Source of the DNA: Prochloraceae cyanobacterium
Lineage (GTDB): Bacteria > Cyanobacteriota > Cyanobacteriia > Cyanobacteriales > JBFRWL01
DNA: 33,456 bases
Assembly: GCA_051439565.1 (NCBI GenBank)
Contig: JBFRWL010000139.1
Span: forward strand, 1-33,456
Reading direction: 5' to 3'
In this document: positions 26,488 through 33,224 of the stretch, in pieces
Numbering within the stretch: position 1 is the first letter of the stretch
Layout: each line of letters starts with the position of its first letter
Position numbers and translations under genes: made by a program
The notes under the pieces: model-generated
Databases searched by the model: none
The model's input: only the letters and a program-made list of their open reading frames with translations
Told to the model about the DNA's origin: nothing

Positions 26488-27150
26488 TTATCCTGAAAAT
26501 TGCCATTTAATTAATAAAAAACTTCCTGTTAAAAACCCAATTATCAGTCCTAAAGAATGACTTAACATACTCACCTGAGGCATAATACCTAGAAGTTTTG
26601 GCATAGCCAGATCGCAAGCAAATTGCATCGCAACTATAAATAGTGAAACCTGAAAACGCTTAGCAGCAAGACGAGATTTTTTTGTCAGCCACTGCCTCAT
26701 GAAAATAGCAGAAATCACCCCAATTAAACCCATAATTGCAGCAGATGCCCCAACCAAAATTTGATTTTCAGCTCCCATCTTCAGTGCGATGAGCGAGAAA
26801 GCTAACATTGAACCTATGCCACTGATAAAGTAGGCAAGAAGATATCTACCAATGCCCAGATTCAGTTCAACAAATCTACCAAGAAAATAAAGACCGAGCA
26901 TATTAGTAAATAGGTGTAGCCAATCAAAGTGAAGAAAATTTGCATTCAATAATCGCCACCACTGTCCCGACCACACTTCTTGGGGGTCTAAAGCACCTAG
27001 GAGATATAAAGTGTTTATATTTTCGCTCCCTCCGCTCATTATCTGAAGGAAAAAAAATAGTAAATTTAAGCTAATTAATCCGTGAGTGGCACGAGCTTCC
27101 AGAAGAGCTTCACCAATAATAATATTTGTTTTTTTTCCAGCTCTTATCAT
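26488..27150 (-). CDS. Rhomboid family intramembrane serine protease
   Basis: It shows the HFDWLHLFTNM (H..H..N) block, the catalytic-Ser motif GASAAIMGLIG, and the His in LSHSLGLIIGF, across about 6 TM helices. Confidence 0.85.
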   Translation of the reverse strand: MIRAGKKTNIIIGEALLEARATHGLISLNLLFFFLQIMSGGSENINTLYLLGALDPQEVWSGQWWRLLNANFLHFDWLHLFTNMLGLYFLGRFVELNLGIGRYLLAYFISGIGSMLAFSLIALKMGAENQILVGASAAIMGLIGVISAIFMRQWLTKKSRLAAKRFQVSLFIVAMQFACDLAMPKLLGIMPQVSMLSHSLGLIIGFLTGSFLLIKWQFSG

Positions 27151-27202
27151 TATTAACTCTGGTTTTTAGTTATTTTTTTCAAGACAAGGATTTAGTGAAA
27201 TG

Positions 27203-27229
27203 AATCTCCCGACCAAGAATCGGGAGATT
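27203..27229 (-). terminator. Perfect 10-bp stem-loop between the grrM/transposase-remnant region and the rhomboid gene
   Basis: aatctcccga-ccaagaa-tcgggagatt forms the stem. No clear U-tract follows on either strand, so its function is uncertain. Confidence 0.3.
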
Positions 27230-27539
27230 GTTAAGAGGAGAATAGCTCATTAAGCAACTCAATTATTATTTACTTTAATTTAGCTGGATTCAGGCTAATT
27301 GTTTGATTTAGTTAGTCATTTTTCTCTTCCTAAAGATTGCTTTGTTTATCTCTGCAACTAATTTATACGAATTAACGGAATAGCCGCCAGGGTTTTTACT
27401 GAACTTAATCTGATTTTTATAATATCTTTAAATAATCCTCAAAAAACAAGTATGCTAGAAGAAAGATGCCAGCAAAAACCATCTGACATCAGAGCAAATA
27501 CTGCTCGGTTAAGCTCAAAAACATCCGTTCAGGAGGAAT

Positions 27540-27755
27540 TTAGAATTTAGAATTAAAAATGCAAAATTCAAACATTTTAAAGAGACAAATTTTGAATTGG
27601 AGCGAAGCGACTTGACGAAAAGCTTGCATCAAAACATAAGTAATTGAAGATAGCCATAATCTTAATTGATTACTCTCAAATGTTTGAATCGCCAATGCCA
27701 TTTTTTGTTGTAACCCTAGTTTGAACCATGCCCACTTTTGCAAGAATTCTATTGT
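27540..27755 (-). pseudogene. C-terminal fragment of a DDE transposase (IS4/IS1380-like)
   Basis: IEFLQKWAWFKLGLQQKMALAIQTFESNQLRLWLSSITYVLMQAFRQ resembles the conserved C-terminal ...K.gl.l......F.aNq.RL.L..lAY.L....R block of IS4/IS1380-type transposases as recalled. No N-terminal or catalytic part is present, and the frame is closed by a stop 25 nt from the grrM stop. Confidence 0.4.
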
Positions 27756-27780
27756 TTATTACCTTTTGTTGCTCAGGAAA

Positions 27781-28986
27781 CTATAACCCAAAAGACTGTT
27801 CTAACTCTTCGAGAACAATATCCGTTACTATCTGAATTCGATATTGGCAAGCCTGGGTTTCGGTGGAAGAAAAAGTGCCATTTTCCCAGTATTTGTTACT
27901 TCCAGCACCGCCGCCACAAACGCCAAAATAGTCACAGGTTTGACGGCAAAGATTAACTCCTGCGGTCATATCTCCGTAAACCTTTTGGAACTTCTCACTG
28001 TAGCAGGCTGACTCAAAAGTATCATCTAGGACGTTACCGAGGATAAAATCGCCGTAGGGTTTAGTTTTCACGGACAGTAGTTCAGGGTCGAAGGTAGCAA
28101 AATTACCCTGGTGATCAATGCTGACGATCGCAAAGGGAGTATTCATATCGGTAGCCGAGAGTCTTTGATCGTTATAAATGAGACTGCAAATAGACTCGAA
28201 CTCCCGCACTACCAACTCGCCTTTGGTTTGAGTCGTCAATTCCCAAAACCGCTTCATAAAAGCACGATAACGGGTTTCAGTGCCCTGACGCTGCAAAGAA
28301 GATGATTGATGTACTCCTTCAGTTTCTTCGAGGTTAAAAGCAACATCGGTAATACCATTGTCCCAGAAAAACTGAAACATCTCATCTGGGTAATCCAGGG
28401 AATCTTGGGTAATGACGGCAATGACATTAAAGGAAATATTGTTTTTGTGGAGGCAATCAATCCCCCGCATCACGCTGGCATGACTGCCTAATCCCCTCCG
28501 AGTTTGGCGATGACGATCGTGGATAAAGGAAGGACCATCAATACTAAGACCAACGTGAATATTATTCCTCTTAAAACACTCACACCAGGCGGGAGTAATC
28601 AGGGTACCATTGGTTTGAATAGAGTGATAAACTGGGCGCTGTTGAATATTATACTTGCGACTAGCCACTTCAATACGCTCGAAAGCCTGATCGTAAAAGG
28701 AAATTGGTACAGCAAGTGGTTCCCCTGCATGCCAGCAAACGTCAACAAATTCTCCTAAGAAGCGACTGGTAAAGATAGTTTTAAAGATCGGTTCAATCAA
28801 GTCGAGAGATAGTTGTTTTTTTAAGTGGCGATCGGGCAAATAGCAATAATCACAGTTGAGATTGCAAAAGGAAGTTGGCTGGAGTACCACCAGACCTATA
28901 GGACCAAAATTTACAAGCTCGATAGATCGATCTCCGGCATCGTGGTTGGTTGTCCCCGTTGCCATAGCTGAGATTAGTTGATTCAT
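27781..28986 (-). CDS. grrM: Radical SAM/SPASM peptide maturase, GRRM-system type (cyclophane-forming GrrM/OscB-like)
   Basis: It has the CX3CX2C radical SAM motif in VLQPTSFCNLNCDYCYL and a C-terminal SPASM Cys cluster (CRQTCDYFGVCGGGAGSNKYW...ETQACQYR). Overall it resembles anSME-like maturases, but it sits 90 nt downstream of a Gly-rich repeat peptide gene rather than a sulfatase. Confidence 0.88.
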   Translation of the reverse strand: MNQLISAMATGTTNHDAGDRSIELVNFGPIGLVVLQPTSFCNLNCDYCYLPDRHLKKQLSLDLIEPIFKTIFTSRFLGEFVDVCWHAGEPLAVPISFYDQAFERIEVASRKYNIQQRPVYHSIQTNGTLITPAWCECFKRNNIHVGLSIDGPSFIHDRHRQTRRGLGSHASVMRGIDCLHKNNISFNVIAVITQDSLDYPDEMFQFFWDNGITDVAFNLEETEGVHQSSSLQRQGTETRYRAFMKRFWELTTQTKGELVVREFESICSLIYNDQRLSATDMNTPFAIVSIDHQGNFATFDPELLSVKTKPYGDFILGNVLDDTFESACYSEKFQKVYGDMTAGVNLCRQTCDYFGVCGGGAGSNKYWENGTFSSTETQACQYRIQIVTDIVLEELEQSFGL

Positions 28987-29076
28987 TTTTCCCTAACACC
29001 TTTGTTCGCCAGTCAGTTCACAAATCAAATGCGATCGCTAACCCTTTATTTTCCTACCTCCAGTATTTTGCAGGGA

Positions 29077-29463
29077 CTACCAGCGGTTGTAGAAACGCCC
29101 CCCGTCTCCCCAGCGACGATTAAGAAATCCGCCTCCATTTACCCAGCCACGACGATTAACAAACCCTCCGCCGCCACGACGATTGAGAAACCCTGCAACA
29201 ATTCGAGGGTCTACTTGTCTCTCATCAGCTTCTGAGTGCTGAGTTTCTCGCTGTTTCACCGCTTTTGTAATTCTAGAGAGACGATTCTCAATGTTTGGAG
29301 AAGTCCAAGCTGAGGTTGACTCCGAGATGGTAGCATTGGCTGTAGAGGCTTTGAGAACAGACACAGCCAGCAAAAAGCCCATAAAACTAATTCTTGTCGT
29401 GATTGACAAAGCTCGTTCTCCTTTGAGGAAAGTCTCTTCAGAACTGTAGCAAAAAATAGTCAT
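29077..29463 (-). CDS. grrA: rSAM-associated Gly/Arg-rich repeat precursor peptide (GRRM system)
   Basis: The C-terminal 38 aa are GFLNRRGGGGFVNRRGWVNGGGFLNRRWGDGGRFYNRW, encoded by imperfect ~27-30 nt DNA repeats (cgacgattRaRaaaYcc x3). An N-terminal hydrophobic segment (MGFLLAVSVLKASTANA) is present. An alternative start is Met28 at 29382. The gene is co-directional with and immediately upstream of grrM. Confidence 0.8.
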   Translation of the reverse strand: MTIFCYSSEETFLKGERALSITTRISFMGFLLAVSVLKASTANATISESTSAWTSPNIENRLSRITKAVKQRETQHSEADERQVDPRIVAGFLNRRGGGGFVNRRGWVNGGGFLNRRWGDGGRFYNRW

Positions 29464-29568
29464 CCTGAAAAATTTTGGTTAATTTTTCTAAAATTCTGTT
29501 TCCTCTCTTGCTGAGAATAGTAACAATTGTTTTGCTGTCGTTATTGACCCAGTCTCAATTTAGAGAAA

Positions 29569-30459
29569 ATGTATAAAAAATTATCGATTGCTCTGCTTAG
29601 TCTCATAGCTCCTCTCATGCTACCCGCTCCGAGCTGGGCGGAAACGGTAATGGAAAGAGTGGCAAAAACCGGAGTTCTCACAGTTAATACGAGCACTAAT
29701 TTGGTTCCCTATACCTATGTGAACGATAAAGGGGAGTTAGTCGGTTATTCCATAGATCTATTAGAACTGATTCGAGAACAACTCGAACAAGAGTTGGGGA
29801 GAAAAGTCGAACTAGACTTTCTTACTGATAATAGTTTTGAGGACAGAATTCAAAAAATTATCAGCAGAGAAGCTGATATTTCCTGCGATACAATTTTTAC
29901 CTGGCAGCGAGATAAGTTTGTTGACTTTTCCATTAGCTATAGCGTTTCCGGTATCAAGTTGCTTGTCAAGAAAGGAAGTCCTTTGGGGTCATCGGAATCT
30001 TTACAGAACAAGCGGATTGGTTTAGTTAAGACTTTTTCTCTTCCACGGGCAATTGAAGCGATCGAGTCTCGGGCAAAGATAGTACCACTCAGAAATCTTG
30101 AGGAGGGTTTTTCCGCACTCGATCGAGGAATCATTGATGGATTTGCCTACGATGCTATTATTCTCGAAGGAATGAGACAAACCAGGAGAAATCCCGATGC
30201 TTATCAGATAGTGCCGGAGCAATCATATTTTAAGCATGGCGTTGCCTGTATGGTGCCGCAAAATGATTCCAGTTTCAAGCATCTGGTGGACTACACCACT
30301 ATCAAGCTAATGCAGGGATACGTGTTTAACGAGTCTCCCTATGTGGATATCATCAATCGTTGGTTTGGTCCAAAAGGAATTGTACTCCTCAATCGAGCTA
30401 ATATTCGTGATTTTTTCAAGACTATGATCATGACTCGGGAGCAGATCGCTCCTAACTAG
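29569..30459 (+). CDS. Orphan family-3 (amino-acid type) extracellular substrate-binding protein, GRRM-associated
   Basis: It has a signal peptide MYKKLSIALLSLIAPLMLPAPSWA and a type 3 SBP fold pattern (GVLTVNTSTNLVPYTY...GYSIDL...DISCD...). It is divergent from grrA across 105 nt, and no ABC permease or ATPase gene is nearby. Confidence 0.82.
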   Translation: MYKKLSIALLSLIAPLMLPAPSWAETVMERVAKTGVLTVNTSTNLVPYTYVNDKGELVGYSIDLLELIREQLEQELGRKVELDFLTDNSFEDRIQKIISREADISCDTIFTWQRDKFVDFSISYSVSGIKLLVKKGSPLGSSESLQNKRIGLVKTFSLPRAIEAIESRAKIVPLRNLEEGFSALDRGIIDGFAYDAIILEGMRQTRRNPDAYQIVPEQSYFKHGVACMVPQNDSSFKHLVDYTTIKLMQGYVFNESPYVDIINRWFGPKGIVLLNRANIRDFFKTMIMTREQIAPN

Positions 30460-30634
30460 TAAACGTAGGCATAAATTAAGACCACCATTATGCAGTTAAA
30501 GCTTTGCTTGTAAGTCTACTTGAACGGTTTTCCTATCAAGTTGTTATTAGACCTCTCCGGAAATTAAATATTGACCCTGATTGCACAAGGTTTTGATTTT
30601 CTTTTTCGGAGATGTCTATTGTAGTATGCATGAT

Positions 30635-31693
30635 TTAAGTTTTATCGATTAACTCTATACTCTCACTAGATTCAAGGAGTATCTGTGGATTAGCTTGTTG
30701 AGGAGAAACTACATTGACAGTTCCTTGAACTTTTAGGTTTAATTGAGGATTAATAAGCATATTGCGTCCCTTAACAATAGTCTGAGAATGTTTCTGCCAA
30801 ATTTTAGCCAGCTTTTCTCTTATTTGGCGAAATTTCTCACTATCTTGGAAATTAACTAAGGTAAAATTACGTTTGGTGCCCCATGTTTCTTTTTCAATTG
30901 CAAATACATCAAACTTAAGCTGAGGACTTTGTGGGAATTTTACTAACCGACCTTCCATAACCGTTTTTTTCCCGTGAAGCGAAGCAATGCGTTCTAATAC
31001 TTCCAGTGGGGGGTCTACTTCAGGATCTAAGTTTAAGTGAAGAGGTAGCCCGGGTTTTTCCTGGCGACGGAAGTGAACTTTGACAATATCACCTCGATAA
31101 AGTTCTTTTGTATAGGCTGCTTGTTTCACAAAATCTGGAAGAATAGCTTCTCCGTACTCTAGGACTAGAATCGTTCCTTGTGCGTCAATAGCGTGAACTT
31201 TTCCGATGAATTCATTTTTTCCTTTTAAAGCCAAAGGTAGCTTAACTTCTCTTTCGTAGTCAGATAGATTTTTGGGTTGAGGCCATGATTCAAAGACAGA
31301 TATCTTCTTTACATGAATATGCTTTTGGGGACTGGGATTAGTAAGAAATTCTCCTTTAAGACAAATTCGATCGTGTCGATTCAAGGAATTAAGGGTTTCC
31401 AAAACTTTAGCATTTTCAGGGACAAGTGAATAATTTATAGCCTGAAAAAAATTCTTTGGGTCGCGAACTGTCATCAAAAAAAGTCCGGCTTCGGGAACGG
31501 CTCCGTGTATTCTTCCTATTAAACCATTGTTACTCAGCTCTTCTTCTAAAACTCCTGGTTCTAGTCCAATGTATCTTTCAGGAATGTATTTACAGGGGGT
31601 TTCCTTTGTCAGTCCTATTCCTATCCATGAAAGCCAGAGGCTCAAAAATAAGGCTAAAAATCCGGCTGTTATTTCGCTCTTAGAGAACCACAT
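30635..31693 (-). CDS. Hypothetical N-terminally anchored protein (no recognisable family)
   Basis: A 352-aa ORF with one N-terminal TM (ITAGFLALFLSLWLSWIGIGL) and a Lys/Glu-rich soluble domain. It lies in AT-rich sequence, and I recognise no motifs. Confidence 0.55.
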   Translation of the reverse strand: MWFSKSEITAGFLALFLSLWLSWIGIGLTKETPCKYIPERYIGLEPGVLEEELSNNGLIGRIHGAVPEAGLFLMTVRDPKNFFQAINYSLVPENAKVLETLNSLNRHDRICLKGEFLTNPSPQKHIHVKKISVFESWPQPKNLSDYEREVKLPLALKGKNEFIGKVHAIDAQGTILVLEYGEAILPDFVKQAAYTKELYRGDIVKVHFRRQEKPGLPLHLNLDPEVDPPLEVLERIASLHGKKTVMEGRLVKFPQSPQLKFDVFAIEKETWGTKRNFTLVNFQDSEKFRQIREKLAKIWQKHSQTIVKGRNMLINPQLNLKVQGTVNVVSPQQANPQILLESSESIELIDKT

Positions 31694-31871
31694 TAACTAA
31701 TATTTACCTCGTCTATGTTTTACTTAGATTTCTTAGCTTTCATCGCAGTCCACTTATCCTTTTTCGACACCTTCAAAAACCTGGGCGCTTTCTCTATCGG
31801 CTCTACCAACATCTCGACAAAGTTGCGGAGTTAGTTGAAACAAAAAGATTTAAGCAATTGCTATTAGTGGC

Positions 31872-32897
31872 TTAAGCTTTAACTACTTGAGCTTGAGAAG
31901 TTTCCCTAGACTGTGCCACAGGATCAAATTTAACGGCGCGGAACATTCCAAATCTGCAAAGTCCAGCACCAAACCCTAATCGCATTAACAACATAGTGGG
32001 TACTTCTCTCAATGATTTAATAAATCCTGAGAAGCCAAACTTAATTATTCCTTGAGGTCGAACTATTCCTTGCCAAATCGAATCAAGCCAAGAAGGGAGG
32101 GTTTCTTGCGTCCAATCTGCTGTTACTACTTCTCCTGCCACTAATCCAGTCTCTCCTATCAGTTCGGAAAAGACTTCGATACTAGAAAAAGCTGGATGTG
32201 ACCACTGGTCTAGAAGTTGACGCATTAGGGGTTTTTCCCAGAAATTGAGAGGAATTTGGCGATCGTCTCGCTGATTCCAGTCAGCGACGACTAAGATTCC
32301 ACCAGGCTTTAATACTCGCATCATTTCTTGGGCGTACTTGGCTTTATCTCCCATATGAGGTCCAGCCTCAATCGACCAAACTACATCGAAACTATTATCT
32401 GGGAAAGACAGTGCCAGGGCATCATCTACTTGAAATTTGGCACTAACTTTTTCAGGTGTCAATTCTTGAGCGCGTTGGACTTGTTTCGGGCTAATCGTAA
32501 TGCCTTTAACCTCAAATCCGTAATCTTTGGCTAAGATACGGCTGCTGCCACCAATCCCACAGCCTACATCTAGAACAGTAGTCTTGGGAGGTAACTTATC
32601 TAAGCCACCCCATTTGACCATTTCGTGTACAAAGTCAGATTTAGCTGTCAAAAAATCCTTACGCTGCGGTGGTGAACCATAATGACCTAAGTGGATATGT
32701 TCGCCCCAGTAAAATTCTAAAATACCGTCTTGAGTCCATTCGTCATAGGAATTGGCTACCGTATCAGACGATTCATAACTGCGAGCAGTGATTAGATAAA
32801 GCGCGATGCCAATCATTAATAGTGAAATCAGAAATCCCAAGGCGTAATATATGTACATTAAAATCAAAATACTTTTTAATATTTGTGTTATAAACAT
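31872..32897 (-). CDS. MPBQ/MSBQ methyltransferase (tocopherol/plastoquinone pathway; Synechocystis Sll0418 ortholog)
   Basis: It is near-colinear with Sll0418 as recalled: YESSDTVANSYDEWTQDGILEFYWGEHIHLGHYG, the SAM motif VLDVGCGIGGSSRILAKDYGF, VVWSIEAGPHM, GGILVVADWNQRDDRQIPLNFWEKP, and LCRFGMFRAV. The true start may be an internal Met. Confidence 0.88.
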   Translation of the reverse strand: MFITQILKSILILMYIYYALGFLISLLMIGIALYLITARSYESSDTVANSYDEWTQDGILEFYWGEHIHLGHYGSPPQRKDFLTAKSDFVHEMVKWGGLDKLPPKTTVLDVGCGIGGSSRILAKDYGFEVKGITISPKQVQRAQELTPEKVSAKFQVDDALALSFPDNSFDVVWSIEAGPHMGDKAKYAQEMMRVLKPGGILVVADWNQRDDRQIPLNFWEKPLMRQLLDQWSHPAFSSIEVFSELIGETGLVAGEVVTADWTQETLPSWLDSIWQGIVRPQGIIKFGFSGFIKSLREVPTMLLMRLGFGAGLCRFGMFRAVKFDPVAQSRETSQAQVVKA

Positions 32898-33224
32898 TCT
32901 CTTACAGATTTGCTATCGAGCGAGTACCTAAAGTGACACAAGCGAGAAGAAATATTTGGAGAGATGTTATTGGTGAGGGAATTCTAGCTTAAAAGTCTGA
33001 GAAAGGAAGCCAGAAACCTGGGGGCAATTTAGCTTATTCTTTCAACAAGATAAGCATTTTGCCAATTTAGCTAGTCGGAAATGATAAAGATTACTTCTGT
33101 CAGCAATTTGTAACTTTGATGTATTTTTGTTAAAAAATGTTGCAGAATGGGAACTGAGGAGAGCAAATAATCAAGCTTTCTTCTCAATGGCAACATCAAC
33201 TATCGCTAGTAGTGCGACAGAGCT

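Noticed and set aside
27781-28986. Alternative reading of the rSAM/SPASM protein as an anaerobic sulfatase-maturating enzyme.
   Set aside because: The two families look alike by eye, but there is no sulfatase gene (C/S-x-P-x-R substrate) in the window, and the gene is directly preceded by a Gly-rich repeat peptide gene. Only an HMM comparison can settle it.
28111-29235. Plus-strand ORFs antisense to grrM (28111-28305, 28306-28491, 28504-28758), the internal minus-strand ORF 28254-28460, and 28978-29235 antisense to the grrA repeat region.
   Set aside because: The grrM frame carries the complete radical SAM and SPASM motifs. The 28978-29235 frame stays open only because the Gly/Arg repeat codons (CCN/NCG on the opposite strand) avoid stops, and its product (PAVVETPPVSPATIKK...) has no start context.
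29077-29463. The Gly/Arg-rich protein as an RGG-type RNA-binding protein or a structural glycine-rich cell-wall protein.
   Set aside because: It has no RRM or cold-shock domain. It does have a hydrophobic N-terminus, regular aromatic-X-Asn spacing and tight linkage to a SPASM maturase. A RiPP precursor is the more economical explanation.
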